NCBI GenBank assembly: GCA_963737655.1 | Contig: CAVTTN010000002.1 | Coordinates: 1,408,001 to 1,472,000 of the forward strand | Reading direction: 5' to 3' | DNA length: 64,000 nt | From: an uncultured Planctomycetota bacterium | GTDB lineage: Bacteria; Planctomycetota; Planctomycetia; Isosphaerales; Isosphaeraceae | Part shown: piece after piece, positions 33,565-44,100 of the stretch | How the letters are laid out: each line of letters opens with the position of its first letter | Numbering within the stretch: position 1 is the first letter of the stretch | The notes under the pieces: generated by a model | The model's input: the letters and a program-made list of their open reading frames with translations, nothing else | Told to the model about the DNA's origin: nothing | The model's database searches: none | Position numbers and translations under genes: made by a program

Positions 33565-34671
33565 ATGATCTCGAACTTCCTGGCCGTCATGATGATCGGG
33601 GCCTCCGCAGCCGGTGGCGAGGCGGAGCTCGAATCATTATTGAGCACGATCGAGGCCCTCCAGGTCAATGTCCACGATTTCCGATGCGAATACGAAGGAA
33701 CGTTATGGTTCCGAAACCCGGAGGTCATCCGAGCGAGGAATCTCGATGCCTCGGGTCTCTACGACACCTTCAGCGGGGTCTACATCTGGAGCACGGGGGG
33801 TGATGCTTACGTGGACGCCATCCATCGCTATCAACCCGAGGCGAGATTGACCAGGGAGCTTCTGATCGTCCGCGCCAAGAAGAAGCAGGCCGAGCATTAT
33901 CTCAGGGCCGATGATGCCCCGGTCGGTAGCCTTAAATTCGACGACCCAGAGATCGTGAACCCCCAACGGACCGGCTGCGTAGGCGAACTCTTCGTCCTGC
34001 CGGTCATCCGGCGATTGGCGACAAGGAAGGATCTCGAAGCCTCGATCACTAGCGAGACCCTTGACGGACGAGACGTCACCGTCCTGACCTTCTCGACGAA
34101 GTCTCCGAAGAAGCTCCTCGAACGCTTCTGGCTCGACATGAAACGTGGCGGCCATGCCGTGCGACGCGAGGCCTACTCCGATGGGGCTGCTCTGGTCGGC
34201 CGGATCGAGATCCGGCTCAAGTCCTTCAAGGTGGGCGACGAGCCGGTCTGGTTACCCGTTTCGGGAAGCGGCGAAGGCCACGCCGTGATGAAGGATGGGA
34301 AGATTGTGATTATCAAGGAACCGAACTCCATGGAGACGATCGGGATCGTGGACGGAAGCCTGGAATTCAACAAGTATCCCGGCCCTCACACGTTCGAAGT
34401 CACTTACAAGCCCGGGACCCGGGTCTCCGACAACCTCCGGCAGCTTCAATACGAGTACGGCCAGCAGAAGCAGAAGCCCCGGGCCACGAAGGCGGATGCC
34501 CAGGCCCAGCTCCAGGAGCAGGTGGCCCGGGCGGAGGAACAGCGGAAGGAACTGGTCGCCGGCTCTCCGCTCCGGGATGGCCCCGGATGGACCTCGTGGC
34601 TGGTCTGGATCTTCGGCGCCTCGAGCCTGGTCTTCTCGGTCCTGGTCCTGGTCCTCCGGGGGCGTCGCTGA
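33565..34671 (+). CDS. Exported hypothetical protein with C-terminal membrane anchor
   Basis: RBS GAGGAG, signal-like N-terminus, beta-rich body, C-terminal TM followed by RGRR. Confidence 0.75.
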   Translation: MISNFLAVMMIGASAAGGEAELESLLSTIEALQVNVHDFRCEYEGTLWFRNPEVIRARNLDASGLYDTFSGVYIWSTGGDAYVDAIHRYQPEARLTRELLIVRAKKKQAEHYLRADDAPVGSLKFDDPEIVNPQRTGCVGELFVLPVIRRLATRKDLEASITSETLDGRDVTVLTFSTKSPKKLLERFWLDMKRGGHAVRREAYSDGAALVGRIEIRLKSFKVGDEPVWLPVSGSGEGHAVMKDGKIVIIKEPNSMETIGIVDGSLEFNKYPGPHTFEVTYKPGTRVSDNLRQLQYEYGQQKQKPRATKADAQAQLQEQVARAEEQRKELVAGSPLRDGPGWTSWLVWIFGASSLVFSVLVLVLRGRR

Positions 34672-34712
34672 GGGGCCCTGATCTCGCGAGAGGAATCTCC
34701 CCGGGAGCTCCC

Positions 34713-35375
34713 ATGCTTGCCGAACCATGCTTCGCCCGAAACCTCGGGCGCCGTCTTCCCATCCCGCTCGGGATCTTCGTTTCGATGGCGGTCTGCGCCT
34801 CCGCGACGGCGGCCGAGCCGGGGGCGAGGCCGGATTGCGGAGTGAACTCGCTGTTCCTCCTCCTCGAATTCGAGGCCCGTCCGACCACGCTCGATCGGCT
34901 GGACCGTGCCTTGCCGGAACGTCGATCGGACGGCTATTCGATGGCCGAGCTCGCAGCGGCCTCGCGGTCGCTGGGCTTGCCCCTGGAAGGGGTCGATTTC
35001 GGCAAGGGAGACGCCGCGCTCGATCGCCCGGCCATCGCGTTCTTCCAGGATGCCCAGGCGGGGCATTTCGCCCTGCTCCGGCCCGTGGGGACGCGGGTCC
35101 AGGTGATCGACCCGCCCCTCGTCCCCCGGATCGTCGATTATCCCGATCTCTTCGCCGCCAGGACGTGGACGGGGCGCCTTCTCCTCCGGCGCGATCCCTG
35201 GCCGGTTCGCCACCGGGCCTCCCTGCTCGCGGCCTCTGCATCCGGCGCCCTGTTGGCCCTCGCCTGGTGGCGACGCCGGAGCAGGAGAGCTCGGACCGAG
35301 CCGGTCGACCCTGCTGGTCTCCGTGGGGTGGGACTCAGGAGTCCCGGTCATACGCCGTCCGAAGCCAGCGGATGA
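34713..35375 (+). CDS. Stand-alone C39-family cysteine peptidase with signal sequence and C-terminal TM
   Basis: DCGVNSL, GYSMAELAAA..SLGL, GHF, IDPP give the Cys-His-Asp triad. Confidence 0.8.
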   Translation: MLAEPCFARNLGRRLPIPLGIFVSMAVCASATAAEPGARPDCGVNSLFLLLEFEARPTTLDRLDRALPERRSDGYSMAELAAASRSLGLPLEGVDFGKGDAALDRPAIAFFQDAQAGHFALLRPVGTRVQVIDPPLVPRIVDYPDLFAARTWTGRLLLRRDPWPVRHRASLLAASASGALLALAWWRRRSRRARTEPVDPAGLRGVGLRSPGHTPSEASG

Positions 35376-35958
35376 CCTCGGCGTCGATCTCCTCGGGTTG
35401 GGCGATCGGGATGCGGTGGGTGATCCGATCCTTCTTGATAAAGCCTCCGGTGTCGATCAGGCGGCCCTGGGCGGGCAGGTCCTTCAGGGCCAGGCCCAGG
35501 TCGATCCGGGTCCGGGTTGTCGGCTTGATCTGGGCGAACTGGTAGTTCCGGTAGAAGGGGACGATCGTCATGCAGGGGCAAATCTTCACGTCCGGGCCGA
35601 GCTCCAGGACGAGTTCAAGGATGCGGTCATAGATCGGCCGGAGGGCGGCCTTCGGGCCGGCGAACATGGTCTCGACGTACCGTTCGGCCGACGCGAGATA
35701 CGCCTCCGGGTCGCCCTCGCCGATGGCCCGGTCGTTCCCCTCGGCGCGATCGACGAGCCATCCGGCGATGTTCGTGCCGACCCCGAACTCTTTCTTCAGC
35801 CAGAGCTTGCGGCCTTTCGTGTCGCCCGGCCCTTGCTCCGGGATGAAATGGATCCACTGATCCAGGGATCGGCCGGTCTTCGTCGGGAGGTCGGCGATCC
35901 ACTTCCGGACCATCGCCACGCTGGGATGGACGCTGTACGGGGTCCTGGCCTTGGGCAT
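35335..35958 (-). CDS. DUF4287/DUF5655 domain protein
   Basis: L..KTGRSLDQW, LRPIYD, QFAQIKPTTRTRIDLGLAL, RITHRI. Confidence 0.75.
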   Translation of the reverse strand: MPKARTPYSVHPSVAMVRKWIADLPTKTGRSLDQWIHFIPEQGPGDTKGRKLWLKKEFGVGTNIAGWLVDRAEGNDRAIGEGDPEAYLASAERYVETMFAGPKAALRPIYDRILELVLELGPDVKICPCMTIVPFYRNYQFAQIKPTTRTRIDLGLALKDLPAQGRLIDTGGFIKKDRITHRIPIAQPEEIDAEVIRWLRTAYDRDS

Positions 35959-35980
35959 GGGCCTCTCCGTCGAGGTTGGA

Positions 35981-37399
35981 TCAGCATTCGCTGACATTCA
36001 CGGGGATCAGGACGGCCAGGCCGCCCTCGGACGTTTCCTTGTACTTGGCGTTCATATCCAGGGCCGTGGCCCACATGGATCGGATCGCGGCGTCGAGCGA
36101 GACCTTGGCCCGCTCGGGGTCGCTCGACAGGGCGAGGTGGGCGGCCGTGATCGCCTTGACGGCCCCCATCGTGTTCCTCTCGATGCACGGCACCTGGACC
36201 AGCCCGCCGACCGGGTCGCACGTCAGGCCCAGGTGGTGCTCCATCGCGATCTCCGCCGCCATGAGCGCCTGGGGGGCCGAACCTCCCAGGACTTGCGCCA
36301 GTCCCGAGGCCGCCATCGCGCTGGAAACGCCGATCTCCGCCTGGCAGCCGCCCATCGCCGCCGAGAGCGTCGCCCCCTTCTTGAAGAGGCTGCCCACCTC
36401 GCCGGCCGTCATCAGGAGATCGGCGATCCCCGGCTCGTCGATGGAATGAAACAGGACCGCGTGGAGCAAGACGGCCGGGATCACCCCCGCCGCGCCATTG
36501 GTCGGGGCCGTCACGACCCTCCCGAACGCCGCGTTCTCCTCGTTCACGGCCAGGGCGAAGACGCTGACCCACTTCAGGGTCTCGGGGAAGCTCCACGACC
36601 GGCCCCGGATCGCCTCCAGGAACGCCTCGGGATCGGCCGGGACCGGCCCCGAGAGCAGGTTGCGGGCCATCGTCGCGGCCCGGCGGACGACTTCCAACCC
36701 GCCGGGCAAGACCCCGTCGGTCCGGCACCCTCGGACCACGCAGTCCCTCATGGTCCGCCAGATTCGCATCAACCCGTCGCGGACGTCTTCCTCCGATCGC
36801 CACGCCCGTTCGTTCTCCCGGACGACCTCGGGGATCGTCAGGCCGCCCTCCCGGCAGTAGCGGAGGAGGTCGGCGGCCGTCTCGATCGGGCGGGGCAGGG
36901 CGACGGCCCTCGCCCCCTCGACCGTCTCCCCCTCCTGGACCACGAACCCGCCCCCGACCGAGAAATACGTCTCCGAACGTCCCGGATGATCCTCCAGGAA
37001 CGCCGTGAACGTCAGCCCATTGGGATGGAACGGCAGGGACTCGGTCCTGTGGAACAGCAGGTCGGCCGCCGGGTCGAACGGGATCGGCCGGACGCCTTCC
37101 AGGGGCAAGGATCGGCCGTTGCGGATCGCGGCGACCTTCGCGTGGAGGGTCGCGGTGTCGCACGAGACCGGATCTTCGCCGGAGAGGCCCATCAGCACGG
37201 CCAGGTCGGTCCCGTGCCCCCGGCCGGTCTTGGCCAGGGAGCCGTACAGATCGACGCGAATTCGCGTGATCTTCTCGAGACCCTTTGCATCGCGGAGGGC
37301 CGCGAGGAACCGCTGGGCGGCCCGCCACGGGCCCATCGTGTGAGAGCTCGACGGCCCCACGCCGATCTTGAAGATGTCGAAAACGCTGATGGATTCCAA
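35981..37399 (-). CDS. sdaA: L-serine ammonia-lyase (Fe-S dependent)
   Basis: [55 protein letters not shown] start inferred. Confidence 0.95.
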   Translation of the reverse strand: MESISVFDIFKIGVGPSSSHTMGPWRAAQRFLAALRDAKGLEKITRIRVDLYGSLAKTGRGHGTDLAVLMGLSGEDPVSCDTATLHAKVAAIRNGRSLPLEGVRPIPFDPAADLLFHRTESLPFHPNGLTFTAFLEDHPGRSETYFSVGGGFVVQEGETVEGARAVALPRPIETAADLLRYCREGGLTIPEVVRENERAWRSEEDVRDGLMRIWRTMRDCVVRGCRTDGVLPGGLEVVRRAATMARNLLSGPVPADPEAFLEAIRGRSWSFPETLKWVSVFALAVNEENAAFGRVVTAPTNGAAGVIPAVLLHAVLFHSIDEPGIADLLMTAGEVGSLFKKGATLSAAMGGCQAEIGVSSAMAASGLAQVLGGSAPQALMAAEIAMEHHLGLTCDPVGGLVQVPCIERNTMGAVKAITAAHLALSSDPERAKVSLDAAIRSMWATALDMNAKYKETSEGGLAVLIPVNVSEC

Positions 37400-37482
37400 G
37401 GGTCGAGCCCCCCGCCTCTCCAGCAACCCCGGCCGACCGACCATTCTATCCGATCCGGCGGCGGTCCCGAGGAAATCGGCGA

Positions 37483-38187
37483 TCAATCGAGATAGGCGTC
37501 GGCCGCGGCCCGGGAATAGGTCATTTCCAGGTCGATCGAGATCGCCGCCTCGATGGCCAGGGGCAGGGGGATCGTCGGCAGGGGGGCGCCCACGACCAGG
37601 GGGCGCCGCCAGATCGCCAGAAACCGCCCCCCCTCGGCCGCCGGCTCCCCCACCCGATAGCTGACCGCCGCCGGGGCCGGGCAGGGGGGCTGCGTCATCG
37701 AGAATTCCGCCGCGATCGCATCCGCGAAGGAAAATCCCACAGGCCGGGCATGGACGTCGATCACCACCAGATGCGCCCCGCCGAGCAGATAGCCGAGATC
37801 CCGAGCCAGGTAGGACGCCCGAGCCGTCGGACGGTCCTTGTTCCGGGGCGAGATCAGCTCCACGGCGGCGACCAGGCGCCCCCGACGCTCGATCATCAGC
37901 GAGGTCCCGGGGTCGATCGCGGCCACGGCGACTTCCACATCGGGCCCCTCCGACGAGGCCGCCTCGCCGGAAGCCTCCGGCGGCCGGACGTCCTCGACGG
38001 CCCCCCACGATCGGACGCCCAGATCGGGACGCTCCGGGGGCGCCCCGACGGCCAGCAACGGGGCCGTCCCCACATACGCCCGATACCCCTCCGGCAAGCG
38101 GGGCTTCACCCAGCGGAGCAGCTCCGAGATCCACAGCAGATGCATCCCGTCCCACCCGGGGCGGTCGGTCCAATCGTGGAAGGGCAT
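37483..38187 (-). CDS. DUF4058 family protein (PD-(D/E)XK-like)
   Basis: W...[32 protein letters not shown]. Confidence 0.8.
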   Translation of the reverse strand: MPFHDWTDRPGWDGMHLLWISELLRWVKPRLPEGYRAYVGTAPLLAVGAPPERPDLGVRSWGAVEDVRPPEASGEAASSEGPDVEVAVAAIDPGTSLMIERRGRLVAAVELISPRNKDRPTARASYLARDLGYLLGGAHLVVIDVHARPVGFSFADAIAAEFSMTQPPCPAPAAVSYRVGEPAAEGGRFLAIWRRPLVVGAPLPTIPLPLAIEAAISIDLEMTYSRAAADAYLD

Positions 38188-38373
38188 GGCGAGTCGTCCT
38201 CATCGCGGCAGAACCAGGAGCCGGCCGGACCCGGCAATCCTGACCCTCGCCGCCCGATCTTACCAGGAAGAGGTCGGTCCGCGGGGGGGCCGGGGTGTGG
38301 CGGAGCCTCCGGGATGCCGATAAGTTCGCGGAGGTCGCCCTTCCTCCCCTCGCCGATCCCGAGACTTCCGCCG

Positions 38374-39012
38374 ATGGACATGCCGCCGATCGAGGAAATC
38401 CTTCAGGTCGTCCGGGAGGAGGACGACGCGGCCCGGGGCCTCCACCGGCTGACCCGTCTCTGTCGGAGGGAAAGCCCCGGGCTCCTGTGGGACCGCTTCG
38501 ACGCCGTTGACCCGAAAAACGACGTCGAGGCCGCCCGCGAGTGGCTCCGCCGGGCGAGGAAATCGGCCGACTTCCCCCGGCCCGCGCAAGGCCTCTACCT
38601 CGGACTCCTGGATCTCGACGACGGGCCCGGCCCCCACGTCGAGATCGCGGCGACCTCCGATCGCGACCCGTCCTCAACCGACCTCGAATGGGCCTGGCGG
38701 TGCGAGTGGCGAGGCGACCCCCACCGGATCGCCGGCCTCGGCGAGATGAGGCGGGTCTACGGCCAGGGGAAGTGGAAGAGGCACTTCGAGATCGCCGACT
38801 ACGCCCTCCCCCTGGGCTACGGAGGGCTCGTCCTGGCCGAGGCGCTGGCGGATCTCGCGGCCGGCCCGCCGTTCCTGGCCGCCTGGGGCTTCCACGACGG
38901 CGACCTCTTCCCCCTGGGCCGGGCCGACGGCCGAGGGTTCGCCCGGATCGCGACGATCGCCCCCGAAGCCCCCGACCGGCCGACCCTCCGCCTATGGACC
39001 GGCCCCGATTGA
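38374..39012 (+). CDS. Hypothetical protein
   Basis: Codon-consistent ORF filling the gap; C-terminal WGFHDGD motif. Confidence 0.6.
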   Translation: MDMPPIEEILQVVREEDDAARGLHRLTRLCRRESPGLLWDRFDAVDPKNDVEAAREWLRRARKSADFPRPAQGLYLGLLDLDDGPGPHVEIAATSDRDPSSTDLEWAWRCEWRGDPHRIAGLGEMRRVYGQGKWKRHFEIADYALPLGYGGLVLAEALADLAAGPPFLAAWGFHDGDLFPLGRADGRGFARIATIAPEAPDRPTLRLWTGPD

Positions 39013-39970
39013 GCCGGCCTCCGACCCGTCCGGCGGTTCTGTCGGAGATTTTCCATGATTTTCGCGTAATCCTGTGAACAACGGATCAGAAAACAGGCCG
39101 ATGAGCTCTTGGTCGCGAATCGCCTCGACCCGGCGGAGGAATTCCCGCTCGCTCTCGGTCAGGGGAGGACGGAACGGGGCGGCGAGGGCGGCGATCTCGT
39201 CCATCGCGGCCAGCCGTTCCTTTCGGCCCGGCACCAGCGGCTCGATCCTCGGAGGCTGGTCGTCGTGGGTCCGGCCCTGGAGGAGTCGGCCGGTCTTGCC
39301 CTTTCTTGTCCCTCCCCATTGCTTGAAGAAGAAGGGGATCTGGGCCTCGGCGCACTGGTCCCGGAGCGAGAGGACCCAGCGTTCTTCCATCGGTCGGGCC
39401 CCGGGGCCGCTCTCTCCGCCGACGATCACCCAGGAGATGCCGGTCAGGTCGACCCGCCCGAGGTCTTCCAGCAGGGGTTCGACCGAGAGGAACCGCACGC
39501 GGGCCGGGGCGTCTCGGAGGTGGTCGATCCTCGGCAGGCCGTGCTTGCGGTTCTCGACGCTCACGCCCCACCAGACGTGCTCGGCGCCGGCGGCGTCCGA
39601 GAAACGGCCCTTCAGGGAGATCGCGCATCCGCTCCGAACGCTTGCTCAAGACCTGATACGTGTGCCAGTGGGCCAGTTCCATCACGCGGACGAACGCGGC
39701 GATGTAGTCGTCGGGGACGCCTTCGAGGAACAGGTCGCTCATCGAGTTGACGAAGATCATCCGGGGGGCGGCCCACCGGAGGGGCTCGGCCAGCTTCTCG
39801 GGGACCAATCGGAGGTCGAAGCCCTGTTCATACGGGTGGCCGGGGACGCCCCGGAAGCGCTCGGCGAAGGTCTCGGCATAGCAGTGGGCGCAGCCGGGGC
39901 TGATCTTCACGCACCCCCGGACCGGGTTCAGCGTGGCGTCGGTCCATTCGATGGCGGAACGGTCGCTCAT
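38992..39970 (-). CDS. DUF5131 (phage Gp37/Gp68-like) protein, frameshift near 39610
   Basis: [59 protein letters not shown]. Confidence 0.88.
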
Positions 39971-39992
39971 GGTCGGGGCCCCTCTGGAACGA

Positions 39993-40574
39993 TTATAGGG
40001 ACCAGAGCATGAGCATCAACGCGACCCAGGACGCCCCGACCGCCAGCCCCGCCCGATCGATCCAGCCCGACGCGACCCATCGGCGTCCCCCGAGCCCATG
40101 CAGGCCGAGCGCGACGAGCACGGCGACCGCCGGCCCCCGGACGCATCGCTCGCTGAGGAGCAGGCGCACGGAATTGTGGACGGCATAAAGGTCCCGCTCG
40201 ACCCGGAAATAGAAGGCCCCCCAGTCCAGCCTCCGCTTCGCGGCCAAAACGCCGATTTCCAGGACGTGGACGAGCAGGCCGATCGACGCCCCCCAGACGG
40301 CCGCCAGCCCCGGACGCCGAGAAACGCGAAGGGGGCGGGGGCCGCGGAGGGAGAGCAGGGCGAGCGCCAGCGTCCAGGCCCCCAGCATCGGCGGGAGCTC
40401 GTCGGCCCACGCCTGGAGCCCGTTGCGAATCCGCTCGGCCGTGAACGCGACCGGGATCAGCTCCGAGTCCATCCAGTGCACCGAAGGCCGCATCGCCAGG
40501 CCGCAGGCCGTCGCGGCGACGAGGACCAGGGCGTCCGAGATCCGGAAGGGCCGCTGGTCGGCTCTTTTCTGCAT
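39993..40574 (-). CDS. Hypothetical membrane protein
   Basis: FRISDALVLVAATACGLA and several hydrophobic helices. Confidence 0.7.
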   Translation of the reverse strand: MQKRADQRPFRISDALVLVAATACGLAMRPSVHWMDSELIPVAFTAERIRNGLQAWADELPPMLGAWTLALALLSLRGPRPLRVSRRPGLAAVWGASIGLLVHVLEIGVLAAKRRLDWGAFYFRVERDLYAVHNSVRLLLSERCVRGPAVAVLVALGLHGLGGRRWVASGWIDRAGLAVGASWVALMLMLWSL

Positions 40575-40602
40575 TGACGATCCTGAAAATGTTGCCATTG
40601 AC

Positions 40603-40671
40603 GTAGGGTCCGCTATTGCGGACCTCTTCGATACGATTGAGGGAGAAGAGGTCCGCAATAGCGGACCCTAC
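40603..40671. repeat. GTAG REP doublet with 27-bp perfect arms
   Basis: GTAGGGTCCGCTATTGCGGACCTCTTC...GAAGAGGTCCGCAATAGCGGACCCTAC. Confidence 0.9.
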
Positions 40672-40672
40672 A

Positions 40673-40750
40673 TCACTGGGCCGGGCCGTGGGCGGCCTCG
40701 GCCCGGTTGGCCAGCCGACCCAGGATGCTTGTGTCGATGAGGGTCGCCAT
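40673..40750 (-). pseudogene. PIN/VapC toxin N-terminal stub
   Basis: MATLIDTSILGRLAN stops after 25 aa beside the REP; TGATG overlap with the upstream gene. Confidence 0.6.
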
Positions 40751-40971
40751 CACTCGTACAGCCCGTCGCTGCTCAGGGCCGCGTCCGGGACGGACACGCC
40801 GCAATCGACCGAGGCGGCGAACAGGCGGCGTTCCCTCTCGTCGATCGGGATCGCCGGTGCCGCCGGCAGGAGATGACGGCGGAGGAGGGCCAGGGCCTCG
40901 GGGGCGACCCCACGGCATCGGGCCTGGGCGGCCCATTCGGCTTCCAGATGAGGCGGGAGGGTGATGGTCAT
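40750..40971 (-). CDS. Putative antitoxin (VapB-like)
   Basis: MTITLPPHLE......A...G..PE, C-terminal ALSSDGLYE typical of small PIN partners. Confidence 0.6.
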   Translation of the reverse strand: MTITLPPHLEAEWAAQARCRGVAPEALALLRRHLLPAAPAIPIDERERRLFAASVDCGVSVPDAALSSDGLYE

Positions 40972-41043
40972 CTCTCGCTCCGCTCCGATCCGATCCGGCC
41001 TTGACCATGATCCTCGCGGCGGCCGAACCGGGGTCATTGTACG

Positions 41044-41090
41044 AAAAACGGCCCCCGGGCACAGGAGATTGCTCCTCGCCCGGGGGCCGT
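41044..41090 (-). terminator. Rho-independent terminator of the tricorn gene
   Basis: ACGGCCCCCGGGC...GCCCGGGGGCCGT stem followed by T5 on the minus strand. Confidence 0.7.
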
Positions 41091-41122
41091 CGGCGTTCGA
41101 TCTCATCCCCGAAAAGGGCGGA

Positions 41123-44100
41123 TCAATCCTCGTTCTTGTCGGCCACGGCGCCGCCCTGCGGCGGGAGCTGCTTGAGGAGCTCCTGGACGGCCACCTCGAC
41201 TTGCCTGTCCTTGCCGGCGAGGTTGTCCTCGGGGGAGTTCTCCACGAAGATGTCGGGCTTGACCCCGGTGTTCTCCATGTTCGTGTGGTTCGGGTCGGCC
41301 AGGAACACGCCGACTCCCGGCGTGCGGACCGTCGAGCCGTCGATCAGGCTATAGCTGCCGGTGCCGATCACGGCGCCCATCGTCGGGGTGCCGATGACCT
41401 TGCCCAGGCCGAGCGCCCGGAAGCCGGCGGGGAACATCTCGGCGTTGCTGGCGCTCCTCCAGTTCTGGAGGACCACTTTTGGCCCGAAGTACCCGGCGAA
41501 GGGGCGCTGGGTCGGCTCGGAGCCCCGGGGCTGCCAGAACTGGTAGGGCTTCTGGACGAGGATGGCGAGCAATTCCTGCTCGATGTTGCCCCCGCCGTTG
41601 AACCGCTGGTCGATGATCAGGGCTTCCTTCAGGCGGTTCTCGCCCAGGTCGCGGCGGAACCGGGCGAGCGAGGGCTGGTCCATCGCCTTGATGTGGAGGT
41701 AGCCGACCCGCCCGCCGGAGAGCTTCTCGACCATCGCCCGGCGGTCCTTGACCCACTTCTCGTAGACGAGCGTGGAGTAGGCCCCGTTGGAGATCGGCTC
41801 GATCTTGAGCTTCCACGAGCCCTCGGTGCCGGGCTTGTCGTTGATCGTGAGCTCGACCTTGCGGTTCAGGCGGCGGTTCATGAGGTCGAAATAGTCGTCG
41901 CCGGCCTTCAGGGGCTTGCCGTTGAAGGCGACGACGTAGTTGCCGGAGGCGAGCTTGATCCAGTCCTTGTCGGCCGGCCCCTCTTCGTAGATATGTCCGA
42001 CCTTGTAGAGCTTGGACTCGGCGTCGGGGACGAGCTCGAAGCCGAGGTGGCCGGTCTGGACGCCCGGCGAGTCGTCCGAGCCGGCCCGCCGGCCGCCCCC
42101 GGCGGAGGCCCCGGTGTGCGAGGCGTTCAGCTCGCCGATCATCTCGTTGATGATGTTGATCAGCTCCTCGCGGTCGCCGACGAACTCGACCAGGGGCTTG
42201 TACTTGGCCCGGGCGGCGTCCCAGTCCATGTTGTGCATCTTGGGGTCGTAGAAGCGGAACTTCATGGTCCGCCAGGCGTCGTCGAACATCTCCTCCCACT
42301 CGGCGGGATGGTCGATCTTGACCTTGGCGGTGAAGGAGATCTTGCGACCGCCCCCGCCTCCGCCGGTGCCCCCGGCCGCGGCCATCATCGCGGCGATCCC
42401 GCCGGCGCCTCGGCCTCCTCCGCCTCCTCCGCCGGTCGCCGCGGCGCCGCCGCCGCCCCCGCCGCCTCCTCCGATGGAGGCCGTGAAGACGCCGTCACCT
42501 TCCTGGTAGAAGACGGTCCGGCCGTCCCGGGCGATCTTGATGTTGGAGATCCCCCCGCCGCCGAAGCCCCCTCCGCGACGGCCTCGCGGGGCGCCGGTGG
42601 TCTCGGTCGGCGTCGCGGTGCTCGGCCCGGCGATCCGGGTCATCCTCTTGCCGTCGTCCTGGATCGAGTAGAGGCCCGCGCCTCCCCCGGCGCCCGCGCC
42701 GGCTCCTCCGCCGGGGCCGCCCGCCCCCGCGCCGCCCTCGGAGCCGGAGAAGACGATGGTGCGGGAGTCATAGGCGGGCGTGAAGGTGCCGACCGTCGCC
42801 CCGCTGGTCACGCGGACGGTCCGCCGCTTCAGCCCGGCCCAGTCGATCTTGACCTCCTTGGGAGCGGCCGGGGCCGGCGGGGCGGCGTCCGGGTTCATCC
42901 CGGGGAAGCCCATGCCGCCCATCCCGCCTCGGCCGGTCGTCGCGGCCGGGGTCGCTTCGGTCGGGTCCTTGTCCTGCTTCTCCAGGTAGATCACGAACAG
43001 GGACGAGCCGCCGCCACGGCCGCCGAAGCCGCCCCCGCCGCTCTCGGGGTTGAACTCGCTGCGGACGAAGTACACCTTCTTGCCGTCGGCCGAGAACTTC
43101 GGCGATCGCTCGCTCTCGGGCTCGAACGTGAGCTTCTTCTCCTCGCCGCCGGTCGAGGGGATCATGTACACGTCGCTGGACATCGTCGCGTCGGGCTTCG
43201 AGTACACGAACCACTTGCCGTCGGGCGACCAGGCGAACCCGCCGAGGGAGCCGTGCTTGGACGCGACGACTTCCTTCAGCTCGCCGCCGTCGGCGTTGAC
43301 CGTCAGGAGCTGGCCGTCGAGCGTCGCGAAGGCGATCTTCTTCGAGTCCGGCGACCAGGAGAACGACGGCTTCAGGCTATCGTGGTCGGTCACCTTCTTC
43401 GGGTCGCCGGCGCCGTCGGCCGGGACGGTGTAGATCTCCTCGCGGCCGGTGCGATCGGAGACGAAGGCGATCAGCTTGCCGTCGGGCGAATACTCGATGT
43501 TGTAATCCTTGCTCGCGCCCTCGGTGACCTGGACGAGATCGCCCTCGTCCACCGGGGCCGTGAACACCTCGCCGTGGACCGCGAAGGCGATCCTCTTGCC
43601 GTTGGGGGCGGCGTCGAAGTCATCGACCTCGGAGTTGAACTCGCGGTACTCGGTGAGGTTCTCCTGGGTCTCGGCGGCGATCTCCAGCTTGATCGGCTCG
43701 ACCTTCCGGGAGGCCACGTCGAGCTTCCAGAGGCCGAAATCGTGCTCGAAGACCACGGTCTTGCCGTCGGCGCTCATCCCGGGGAAGCGGACGTCGCCGG
43801 CCTCGAACGTGGTGACCTTCTCCGCCGGGCCGCCGCTCTCGGGGACCCGCCAGATGTTCGTCAGGCCCTTGCCGTCGCGGTCCGAGACGAAGTAGACGAA
43901 GCCGTCCGGGCTCCACATCGGCCAGGAGTCCAGGCCGTCGAAGTCGGTCAGGTCCTTGAATGTCCTGGTGCCGAGGTCCATCACGGTGACGTCGCTCTGG
44001 TACGCCCCGCGATAGTACTTCCGCCAGTAGGACTGGGCCTTGCGGTTGATGGCCAGCTTCTGGCCGTCGGGCGAGTACGAGCCGTCCACGCCCATGTCGG

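Noticed and set aside
38992..39970. Prophage inferred from the phage Gp37/Gp68 family label
   Set aside because: No structural, terminase or replication genes nearby
40655..40668. GCAATAGCGG match to the tRNA 3' flank (9546-9555) as a second att site
   Set aside because: Only 10 bp, part of a REP palindrome, and on the wrong side of the tRNA
42340..43040. GCC/CCG-rich repeats as a DNA-level element
   Set aside because: They encode in-frame Gly-rich linkers of the tricorn protease
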